Part shown: in pieces, positions 18,501 to 25,558 of the stretch | How positions within the stretch are numbered: the stretch's first letter is position 1 | How the letters are laid out: the number at the start of each line of letters is the position of its first letter | NCBI GenBank assembly: GCA_038046185.1 | Contig: JBBSWR010000144.1 | Span: 1 to 44,182 of the forward strand | DNA length: 44,182 nt | Direction: 5' to 3' | Source of the DNA: Nanobdellota archaeon | GTDB lineage: Archaea > Nanobdellota > Nanobdellia > Woesearchaeales > GW2011-AR4 | Position numbers and translations under genes: made by a program | Notes under the pieces: generated by a model | Seen by the model: only the letters and a program-made list of their open reading frames with translations | What the model was told of the DNA's origin: nothing | Database searches by the model: none

Positions 18501-19751
18501 GAAGATATACTGTCTCAAATAAGTGAAATTATGTCGGAGATTGGCAGCTTAAATGCAGAAAACAAAGAAGCTGCAGAAGCGCTGCAATTAAAGAACAATT
18601 TAGATAAAGCAGTAATAGCCGTACAGAGGGCTAACAGAGACTTACACAGCCTACAATGGAGAAAACTAAATGACACCGAATTAGAGGAAGAAACAAAAAA
18701 TATCCTCAATAGAATAAAAATTTTGAAGGATACTACTCCAAAAACTATAAAAGTAATTGATAAAAATGAATTTGTTAAGTATCCCAACAAGGAGGATATA
18801 AATAATGCGCTTCAAATACTGGCTAATTCCACAAATGCCAAATTAAGCAAAAACAATTTGAACGACCTAGTGCAGCAAAACTTTAAGTTGCAGTCTTTGA
18901 TTAGTGTTACAACAAAAGCCAAAATAATCGACGTTGAGTACATATCTGGAAATAAAAATACAATAACCCTTATACAAAAAATAGTCAACTTTGATAAAGA
19001 CTTTAAAGATTTAGTCTATTTTGAAGTTATACCAAAGGGCATTGCAAAAAATTTAACCGAGCTTAAATTATTGTTTGATTATGAGGTTGTTGATAATGAC
19101 CCTGTTATTAAGATTGACCTATCAAAGATAAAAGATTATTCTTTCTACGTGGAAAAAAAAGTGAGCCTAGAGAGCACCGAGGAAATAAAATCTGTGTTGT
19201 TAAGCAAAAACTTGAAATCCGAAAGCGGAAACTTACTGACAGGATTTTCTGTATTTGACCAGATTCCGGGAAATTTAGTTAAAACATTGAATGCAAGATT
19301 AATTATCGAGTTTGCCGTTATGATAATCCTGCTGCTTGTGTTTTTGCATTACCAGTTTGGAAGCTCTGGTAAATTTAAGTACGCATTTAATGGGAAGGAA
19401 TTAAATGAAACCAAACAGCTGATAGATTCGGCCCTAGTTGAAGTTAATAATAATAATTATGAAAAATCTTCCTTGATATACAAAGAGGTTAATATTAAAT
19501 TTAATAATCTTGATAAAAAGAAAAAAGATATGATTAAGGATTCTGTTATAGAATTGATAAATAGAATTAATAGATTATACATTAATCAGCTGGCAGAAAA
19601 GGCAAATAACTGCATAAAGGCAAATAATAAGCAGGCGGCATTTGCAATTTATTCTCAAATACAATCTTTGTATAGGGTAATACCTAAGAATTACAAGGCT
19701 GAAGTTTCAAAGAAATGTTTGGAACTTTATAGTGCAATGAACTCAAATTAA
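15513..19751 (+). CDS. Giant (1412 aa) type-I-like surface protein: N-terminal anchor, sequon-rich ectodomain with PKD-like and carboxypeptidase-regulatory-like domains, C-terminal TM and cytoplasmic helical tail
   Basis: N-terminal TM LMFHIILLILILCFWLIFALAV. PKD-like stretch VSYKWDFQNDGVIDSTSDSQVFTYASNGTYTVNLTVSD. Cys knot QNGDETGVDCGGGCGTC. CarboxypepD_reg-like stretch VTVIVRDNSTSSAIQNAEIWL..GFYRLMVKKPGY. C-terminal TM LIIEFAVMIILLLVFLHY followed by a ~120-aa tail. Confidence 0.8.
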   Translation: MNKAGNKQSEKKLMFHIILLILILCFWLIFALAVKAYQNEKGIYLSIDNLELNQQDVIFDLDNVNSGLHSKNKTIFLNLKYGDDINYDKDNDGIEKINGVIDFVADAKFNWDVYEDKLCARWEIYSIEKNSLTAICYGSQKCCGFVSLDSTRENWSTPLYLTYGMHDASENNIISAQVIYVDYNLSRERPYSEIYYSRWSSLTARFEESIGSVKNISMEEALRSVDKIRRNNTQIKKIDLKDKYGNELRELSQGKNASMVFSVAHSKVNDNSTSRLSRQNVNNEIIVSLNDFNASNADWDSSKNIKIKTENIGLEDSLKQYGMDTKAIVSVQGVDDFISDKNYYGTVKFNISDVFNVVIYCPDDKIGSCRYAQECINGFKGVECYVKNLSSLIIYVPHFSSIILGLDNRTANLTIKSPENSSVLQSGENIYLNFTINETVNANYSLDAKPFINLGNEASFSGLLNGSINYGILENGAHNISINIRDIFGNKAIINYSFWVNDTAAPNVLLNITNNTAFSGTSGLISASFNSSEYSTLSYKINNNNFSNPIDLGANKYKIMNITFSGGVNNLTINASDFHNNGNLNYFSFNFTLFQQPSCSDALQNGDETGVDCGGGCGTCINFSVATDRESYNLTDNVFVTVIARANSTVNLTIIRQDLVAYRHTFIPVFSGAPVAETRIISNTSNAGNYTINATLYYLNITQYINRTFEILPPVASPIAVTIMPNATTIKEGNPVFFASSVSGNNSAVSYKWDFQNDGVIDSTSDSQVFTYASNGTYTVNLTVSDSKWNQTDLETIYVKKVYNVTVIVRDNSTSSAIQNAEIWLEDEIRNTTGSGTADYSNIAGFYRLMVKKPGYAQFSNKTEINGNSLLEVVLIEDDNLPPIIQLISPTDKSTISNGIISFVYRALDKSLLSCTLYTKMNSSEWKISGVDSNLQSNAENSFTISGLKNTTYEWKIGCIDAGSNSNYSEIYSFTVDASLIENQLSIDLNEEDKNSEDILSQISEIMSEIGSLNAENKEAAEALQLKNNLDKAVIAVQRANRDLHSLQWRKLNDTELEEETKNILNRIKILKDTTPKTIKVIDKNEFVKYPNKEDINNALQILANSTNAKLSKNNLNDLVQQNFKLQSLISVTTKAKIIDVEYISGNKNTITLIQKIVNFDKDFKDLVYFEVIPKGIAKNLTELKLLFDYEVVDNDPVIKIDLSKIKDYSFYVEKKVSLESTEEIKSVLLSKNLKSESGNLLTGFSVFDQIPGNLVKTLNARLIIEFAVMIILLLVFLHYQFGSSGKFKYAFNGKELNETKQLIDSALVEVNNNNYEKSSLIYKEVNIKFNNLDKKKKDMIKDSVIELINRINRLYINQLAEKANNCIKANNKQAAFAIYSQIQSLYRVIPKNYKAEVSKKCLELYSAMNSN

Positions 19752-19755
19752 TTAT

Positions 19756-22095
19756 ATGAAATCAATAAAAGAAGTGCAAAATAATAAATTAATAGAGCTC
19801 GTAGTAATAATATCCTTATTCTTTATACTCAGTATAGACCTCCATGCTTTCGCCCAAACCAGCGTTAAAATTGAGCCTGAGCAAATAACTAAAAGAGTAA
19901 AACTAGGAGATTTCGTTGAAGTTCCAATCAAAATAACAAATGACGGCACTACTCAATTATCCTTAAGATTTGGCATTGAAGGCGATTTGATTAAAGTTGC
20001 GGCATTAGATAAAAATGGCGCTGCTATAGAGCCTGGGGCTGCTGAGCAGATAAAGCTAACTGTATTCGGAGAAAATATAACCACGCTTACAGGGCATTTT
20101 ACTGTTTCAGGAACAATTGAAGAAAGAATACCAATTAACATAACTGTAACTAGCTTAGACACAATTCCTGTAGAAGCATTACTGATTGAAATAGAACCCA
20201 TAACCGAAAAAGCAAAAATAGGGGACATCTTTAAGTATAAGATAAGCCTGCAAAATCTCATAACCGACAGAACATATAATGTTACATTATCTTCAAGCAT
20301 AGACAGATTGGAAGACCAATCAACTTATAAATTTGAAAAATCATTTTTTACGGAAACGGATGATGTGCAGCTATCCACTGCTTTTTCCCTAGTGAAGGAA
20401 TTTGCCATGCCTGATTTTATCAGACCGGGAGAATATGTGATAAACGTAAAGGCAGAGTATCTTGGCTTGTCATCGTCATCCAGCAAACGCTTTAGGGTAG
20501 TAGAGCCAATTCTTGACTATGAGTTATTGGGCATACTGCCCATTAGATGGGCATTGTTCTCAGGAATATTTGTTATAACCGGATTATTATCCTTTTTTAT
20601 CTATAAGAAGAGGAAGGCTAAAAATAAGCGATATGTTGCAAAAGTTGAATATAGCCTGTTGCCCCAGCCAGGCCCAAGATCAGCGTATATAGGTATGATA
20701 CCGGAAACAAACAAAAAAACTTATTTTGACATAGACCAATTGCAGACGCATACACTAGTTGCCGGCTCCACAGGCGGCGGCAAGACAGTATCAGCTGAGG
20801 TTCTGGTCGAGGAAGCTTTAATTAAAGGAACGGCTGTGATAGTCTTTGATCCCACTGCCCAATGGACGGGCTTCTTAAGAAAGAATGCTGATAAAAGAAT
20901 GTTTGCCCTCTATCCAAAATTTGGCCTTAAGAAGACTGATGCAAGGGCTTTCAATGGAAATATAAGGCAGATTATGAATGCAAGGGAGATTATAGATATT
21001 AAAAAATTTATTAAGCCCGGGGAAATAAACATTTTTTCAGTGAGCAAATTAGATCCTGAAGATATTGATATACTTGTTGCAAATACCGTAAGGGAAGTAT
21101 TTCATGCAAACCTTCCTGAAAGCAGCCAGTTAAAACTTCTCATAATTTTTGATGAAGTTCACAGATTATTGCCAAAATTTGGCGGCTCAGGGCAAGGTTT
21201 CATACAGATAGAAAGAGCAGCCAGAGAATTCAGAAAGTGGGGAGTCGGCTTGATACTAATAAGCCAAGTTTTGACAGATTTTGTAGGAGAGACAAAAGCC
21301 AATATAAACACAGAAATACAAATGAGAACCAGAGATCAAGGAGACCTCGAGAGGATAAAGAACAAGTATGGCTCTTACATGCTTCAGTCATTGCTTAAAT
21401 CTGCAACCGGCACAGGCATGATGGAAAACGCAGCATATAATAAAGGCAATCCTTATTTCGTATCTTTTAAGCCGCTGCTGCACGAGCATGCGCGCTTAAG
21501 CGACGAGGAATTGGATAATTACAACAAATACAATGAAGTTATAGAAGATTTAGACTACCAGCTTGAGCAGCTTGAAAAATCTGGAGTGGATATATTTGAT
21601 CTAAAGCTCGAGGTTAAGATGGCCCTTGATAAGGTAAAGTCAGGGAGCTTCAATATGGTTAATATATATCTTGAAGGGCTTACTCCAAGGATAAAATCCA
21701 ATTGGGATAAATTAGGCAAACAGCCTGAAAAAAGGAGATTAAAACTGGTTACAGAATCAGAATTAAAAGAAGAGCTGGAACGAGCCAAAGAAGCGAGAAA
21801 AAAATTCGAAGATCATCAGAAATCGGCTCCTAAATCTGGTTTAGAGGAACATGGAGTTCTCACGCTAAAAAATGGAATTGTAATAGCAAAGAAAAAAGAA
21901 ATGTTAGACGCGCTTCAGGCAATAGACGATAAAACATTCATAGCTCATGTTAACGAGCAGAGAAATGATTTCAGTGATTGGCTGGCAAATATCGATAAGG
22001 AAGCAGCTGAAAAAATAAAGGCAATAAAGACAAGAAAAGAGATGATAGAGATTTTAAAAAAGCTTGAAGCGCAAAATCAGGCAATTCCAAGTTAA
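19756..22095 (+). CDS. Bitopic membrane protein: ectodomain - TM - cytoplasmic HerA/FtsK-like (DUF87-type) P-loop ATPase - C-terminal N-D-F-x-x-W domain
   Basis: Signal/anchor LIELVVIISLFFILSIDLHAFA. TM WALFSGIFVITGLLSFFIY followed by KKRKAKNKRY. Walker A VAGSTGGGKT. Walker B LLIIFDEVH. HerA-like AAREFRKWGVGLILISQ. C-terminus FIAHVNEQRNDFSDWLANI. Confidence 0.8.
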   Translation: MKSIKEVQNNKLIELVVIISLFFILSIDLHAFAQTSVKIEPEQITKRVKLGDFVEVPIKITNDGTTQLSLRFGIEGDLIKVAALDKNGAAIEPGAAEQIKLTVFGENITTLTGHFTVSGTIEERIPINITVTSLDTIPVEALLIEIEPITEKAKIGDIFKYKISLQNLITDRTYNVTLSSSIDRLEDQSTYKFEKSFFTETDDVQLSTAFSLVKEFAMPDFIRPGEYVINVKAEYLGLSSSSSKRFRVVEPILDYELLGILPIRWALFSGIFVITGLLSFFIYKKRKAKNKRYVAKVEYSLLPQPGPRSAYIGMIPETNKKTYFDIDQLQTHTLVAGSTGGGKTVSAEVLVEEALIKGTAVIVFDPTAQWTGFLRKNADKRMFALYPKFGLKKTDARAFNGNIRQIMNAREIIDIKKFIKPGEINIFSVSKLDPEDIDILVANTVREVFHANLPESSQLKLLIIFDEVHRLLPKFGGSGQGFIQIERAAREFRKWGVGLILISQVLTDFVGETKANINTEIQMRTRDQGDLERIKNKYGSYMLQSLLKSATGTGMMENAAYNKGNPYFVSFKPLLHEHARLSDEELDNYNKYNEVIEDLDYQLEQLEKSGVDIFDLKLEVKMALDKVKSGSFNMVNIYLEGLTPRIKSNWDKLGKQPEKRRLKLVTESELKEELERAKEARKKFEDHQKSAPKSGLEEHGVLTLKNGIVIAKKKEMLDALQAIDDKTFIAHVNEQRNDFSDWLANIDKEAAEKIKAIKTRKEMIEILKKLEAQNQAIPS

Positions 22096-22118
22096 GTGTG
22101 TTTTTATTTTACACACAC
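22096..22118 (+). terminator. Hairpin immediately after the stop of the 779-aa ATPase gene
   Basis: gtgtgt-ttttatttt-acacac has perfect 6-bp arms and a T-rich loop, starting 1 nt after the TAA. Confidence 0.4.
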
Positions 22119-22121
22119 TAA

Positions 22122-22209
22122 GCCAACAATAATGGCAGCTGTCGTCACTTCGTTCCCCGTCGGACATCCTGTAGGGAGCATCCCCTATCCGACCAGCGCC
22201 ATTGTTGGC
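22122..22209. ncRNA. Candidate structured RNA/DNA element (GC-rich, long closing helix); strand and class unknown
   Basis: gccaacaat(aat)ggc-a-gctg ... cagc-gccattgttggc closes a ~16-bp helix. The inner helix is gtcgga/tccgac and the apical helix is ggga-gca-tccc. It is far more GC-rich than the flanks. Confidence 0.4.
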
Positions 22210-22290
22210 TTTGAATTTTCCCACTTAACTTGACTTTACCGCAAAATCAATAGGTTTATTAATAAGTAATCCAGCAGCATTTAGAAGAAA

Positions 22291-22614
22291 ATGGATACTC
22301 AACAAGATTTTAGGTACATCCCGAAAAGGAAGCTATCAGAAGCGGAAAAACAAATAATAATGCTCAGAATAGAAAAACTTAAGCTGCATAGAGAAAAATC
22401 ACTTCTCATATTGAATAAAGGAATAATACTATTTTTTGTATTTTTGGCAGTTGCTGTTGTAGGTTTGGTAAACAAAATGGTTACTGTTATGCAGCTTAAT
22501 ATACTTGTTTTAACTGGATTTCTGGCTTTGATTGTGGGTGTTTTGCCTTATAGTTTTGCAACAAGAAAAGAAGAAAAAGAGCTGGAAAAAACTATAGACG
22601 AGCTGATAAACTAA
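22291..22614 (+). CDS. Small membrane protein (N-terminal charged helix + two TM helices)
   Basis: Two hydrophobic helices: GIILFFVFLAVAVVGLV and LNILVLTGFLALIVGVLPY. Its stop lies 2 nt before the first KaiC-like gene. Confidence 0.55.
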   Translation: MDTQQDFRYIPKRKLSEAEKQIIMLRIEKLKLHREKSLLILNKGIILFFVFLAVAVVGLVNKMVTVMQLNILVLTGFLALIVGVLPYSFATRKEEKELEKTIDELIN

Positions 22615-22616
22615 AA

Positions 22617-23294
22617 ATGGAAAGGGTCAAATCTGGAATAAACGGATTGGATGCTCTCGTAAATGGCGGCTTTCCAAGAGGTCATTCTATACTTTTATGC
22701 GGAGCGCCTGGCACTGGTAAAACCATATTTGGGCTGCAATTTTTGTATAAGGGTGCAAAGAATTTTAACGAGAATGGCTTGTATGTAAGCATAGAGGAAA
22801 ATCCAAGTAAATTAAAAGATTATTCCAAAGAATTCGGCTGGAAGGATATAGACAAACTCGAAAAGGATGGCAAAATACAATTTCTTAGAGTTCCCCCAGA
22901 CAAAAGAAAATTTGATATAGTTGATTCTGTCAGGCAGAAAGTGCAGGAAATTAATGCAAAAAGGCTGGTTGTGGATTCTTTGTCTGCGGTTTATCTGGCA
23001 TTTGAAGATATTACGCAATTCGTATATCACTTTATAAATTTAATAGAAGAACTTGGAATAACCTGCATCTTCATAACAGATTCCCCGCATGGCTCCAGCG
23101 AGTTAACAAAAGATGGCGTATCTGAATTTGTATGCGATGGGGTCATACAACTCCAGCTTAATGATGCCAGCAAAATTGTAAACAGGACGATTGCTGTCAA
23201 GAAGATGAGAGGCACAAGCATAGTTCCAGGACTGAATAGCTTGAAATTTACTGAATCAGGACTAGAAGTTGAGGAATATAAAGCATTTTATTGA
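22617..23294 (+). CDS. Single-domain KaiC/RadA-superfamily ATPase (KaiC-like 1)
   Basis: GINGLDALVNGGFPRGHSILLCGAPGTGKTIFGLQFLYKG (Walker A) and RLVVDSLS (Walker B). 225 aa is the typical archaeal single-domain KaiC-like size. Confidence 0.8.
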   Translation: MERVKSGINGLDALVNGGFPRGHSILLCGAPGTGKTIFGLQFLYKGAKNFNENGLYVSIEENPSKLKDYSKEFGWKDIDKLEKDGKIQFLRVPPDKRKFDIVDSVRQKVQEINAKRLVVDSLSAVYLAFEDITQFVYHFINLIEELGITCIFITDSPHGSSELTKDGVSEFVCDGVIQLQLNDASKIVNRTIAVKKMRGTSIVPGLNSLKFTESGLEVEEYKAFY

Positions 23295-23313
23295 TTTCGC
23301 AATACAACAAAAA

Positions 23314-24015
23314 ATGAACAAAGAAGAGAGGATTACTACGGGAATAAAAGGGCTGGATAAATTAACAGACGGGGGTTTTGAGAAAAATAGCGCTGTTTTA
23401 GTTCAAGGAGGAGGAGGCAGCGGAAAGAGCATTTTTGCTACCCAGTTTTTGGCTGAGGGTATACTGCATAATAACGAAACCGGCATTTACATATCATTTG
23501 AGGAGGTCAAAGAAAGGTTTTATAAGCACATGCTGGTATTTGGATGGGACTTGAAGAAGGTTGAGGAGCAGGGAAGATTCATATTCTTAAAGTATAGTCC
23601 TGAGAGGATAGCAAAAATAGTCAAGGAAAGGAGCAAAGAAATTGAAAACTCGATAAAGGAAGTGGAAGCAAAAAGAATAGTGATTGATTCGCTGTCAGCA
23701 TACACTTCGCTGTTCGAAAGTGAGTCAGAAAAAAGAAAAATGCTTGTAGCATTATTTGACATGATTAAGGAGTGGGATTGCACGACTGTTGTTGTTGCCG
23801 AAGAGGATAATCATCCAGATCAGTATAATTCCTCGGTTATGGGTTTTATGGCTGATGCAATTATATTATTTTACAACGAAAGAGAGCCAAAAGGATTGCG
23901 CTTTAGAGCTGTAGAGGTATTTAAAATGAGGGGTACAAAGCACGAGTCAAAGATATGCTCAATGAAGATTACAGAACATGGGATTGAAGTTTATCCCGAT
24001 ACTATTGTGTTATAG
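23314..24015 (+). CDS. Single-domain KaiC/RadA-superfamily ATPase (KaiC-like 2, divergent)
   Basis: ATG at 23314. GIKGLDKLTDGGFEKNSAVLVQGGGGSGKSIFATQFLAEG (Walker A GGGGSGKS) and RIVIDSLS (Walker B). Confidence 0.75.
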   Translation: MNKEERITTGIKGLDKLTDGGFEKNSAVLVQGGGGSGKSIFATQFLAEGILHNNETGIYISFEEVKERFYKHMLVFGWDLKKVEEQGRFIFLKYSPERIAKIVKERSKEIENSIKEVEAKRIVIDSLSAYTSLFESESEKRKMLVALFDMIKEWDCTTVVVAEEDNHPDQYNSSVMGFMADAIILFYNEREPKGLRFRAVEVFKMRGTKHESKICSMKITEHGIEVYPDTIVL

Positions 24016-24080
24016 TCATAATTTTAACTTAAAAAAAGTTTAAATAAAAAACAAAAGCACAAATGATGTTGGGTGATTGA

Positions 24081-24842
24081 ATGAAAAAAATAAAAAGTGG
24101 TATAAGGGGACTTGACGCACTTATTGGCGGCGGATTTCTTGATGGGCATTCCGTATTAATATGCGGTGCTCCCGGCACAGGGAAGACTATTTTTGGGCTG
24201 CAGTTCCTGTATAAAGGAATAAAAGAAGAGAATGAAAATGGATTATTTGTAAGCGTTGAAGATAAAACAGAAAAATTGCTGTATTATGCCAGCCAGTTTG
24301 GGTGGAGTTTAGAGCAGTTTTTGAAAGAAAGAAAAATAGAATTCATGAAAGTTCCGATAGACCAGCGCGGATTTATGCTCGTTGATGCAATAACAGAAAA
24401 AGCTAAGAAGATAAATGCGAAAAGAATTGTCATTGATTCGCTGTCTGCATTGTCTATAAATGCAAAGATGTTCAATCTCCCATTGCACAACCAGCCTGAT
24501 CCAACAGGAACAATAAAGAAAAAAATCCTGAAGACGGCGGGCTACACCCCTTTTGAAGATATTTCACAGTTTACATATTTGTTTATAGACAGGATTGGTG
24601 ACATAAACGCCACAACCTTGTTTTTGACTGATACTGATGGCTCAGCGACATTGACCAGAGACGGGGTCTCAGAGTATGTCTGCGATGGCGTTATATTCTT
24701 ACAGCTGCATGACACAAGCAAGAATGTAAGCAGAACATTATCTGTTAAAAAAATGAGAGGCTGCGACATAATTCCGGGCATGAATAGCCTAAAGTTTACA
24801 AAAAGCGGCTTAGAAGTGGAAGAATTTAAGGCATTTTATTAG
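24081..24842 (+). CDS. Single-domain KaiC/RadA-superfamily ATPase (KaiC-like 3, close paralog of 1 with an insertion)
   Basis: GIRGLDALIGGGFLDGHSVLICGAPGTGKTIFGLQFLYKG. C-terminus MNSLKFTKSGLEVEEFKAFY compares with LNSLKFTESGLEVEEYKAFY in KaiC-like 1. There is a ~28-aa insertion after Walker B. Confidence 0.8.
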   Translation: MKKIKSGIRGLDALIGGGFLDGHSVLICGAPGTGKTIFGLQFLYKGIKEENENGLFVSVEDKTEKLLYYASQFGWSLEQFLKERKIEFMKVPIDQRGFMLVDAITEKAKKINAKRIVIDSLSALSINAKMFNLPLHNQPDPTGTIKKKILKTAGYTPFEDISQFTYLFIDRIGDINATTLFLTDTDGSATLTRDGVSEYVCDGVIFLQLHDTSKNVSRTLSVKKMRGCDIIPGMNSLKFTKSGLEVEEFKAFY

Positions 24843-25221
24843 ATAAATCATAAAATCAGAAATTTTTACGTGCGTAAGTGGAAAGCATGGAGTGAACTCT
24901 GTTGTTTAGTCAAGAATTTTTCAGGTAATTTAATAATAAACGGAGTAATTTTCCTATTTATTCTATTGGGAATCGATAACACCCGGTTAGCATACCAGTA
25001 AAAAATGCTAAGTAATAATTGAGAAAATTAGCAAAAAAAGAATTAATAATCTATTGATTTTCTGGTTCATAACAAAAATGGAATGTGAGTCGTATTATAT
25101 ATATATATCAATTTAATCTTTACTAAACTTAAATAATTTTGTATTTAATTAATTATTTAATTGCATACTCAATATGTATTTATATGTAATTAATATACAT
25201 TTTTCTATACTAATTACAAAA

Positions 25222-25237
25222 ACGAAACATTTATATA
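25222..25237 (+). promoter_or_regulatory. BRE/TATA-like promoter box of locus copy 2
   Basis: acgaaacatttatata ends 32 bp upstream of the ATG at 25270, implying a short or absent leader. Confidence 0.55.
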
Positions 25238-25269
25238 TGATTTAATATGATTAAGTATGTAGTAATAAT

Positions 25270-25434
25270 ATGAAAGAACGAATTACCATAAACTTGGATA
25301 AAGAATTTCTTAATTGGCTAGACCAAAAAATAGCCGAAAAAGTGTTCGCAAACAGAAGCCATGGATTTGAATATTTAATCAAGAAAAAAATGCAGTTGGA
25401 AGATGAAAGAAAGACTAACAATTACTCTGGATAA
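25270..25434 (+). CDS. Ribbon-helix-helix protein, 54 aa (below ORF-track cutoff)
   Basis: Hand translation: MKERITINLDKEFLNWLDQKIAEKVFANRSHGFEYLIKKKMQLEDERKTNNYSG. BRE/TATA lies at 25222-25237. Confidence 0.55.
   Translation: MKERITINLDKEFLNWLDQKIAEKVFANRSHGFEYLIKKKMQLEDERKTNNYSG
25313..25374 (+). repeat. 62-nt near-identical segment (1 mismatch) repeated at 25446..25507; core of a 133-bp tandem duplication of the RHH gene
   Basis: attggctagaccaaaaaatagccgaaaaagtgttcgcaaacagaagccatgg[a/g]tttgaatat occurs in both copies at an offset of 133 bp. Confidence 0.9.
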
Positions 25435-25558
25435 GGAATTGCTCGATTGGCTAGACCAAAAAATAGCCGAAAAAGTGTTCGCAAACAGAAGCCATGGGTT
25501 TGAATATATGATTATGGAAAAGATTAGAGAGAAAACTAAGGAAGAGAAAAATGAATAG
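25403..25558 (+). CDS. Ribbon-helix-helix protein, 51 aa, tandem duplicate of 25270..25434
   Basis: Hand translation: MKERLTITLDKELLDWLDQKIAEKVFANRSHGFEYMIMEKIREKTKEEKNE. It starts inside the 3' end of the first copy in another frame. Its stop lies inside the ATGAATAG that starts the next gene. Confidence 0.55.
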   Translation: MKERLTITLDKELLDWLDQKIAEKVFANRSHGFEYMIMEKIREKTKEEKNE

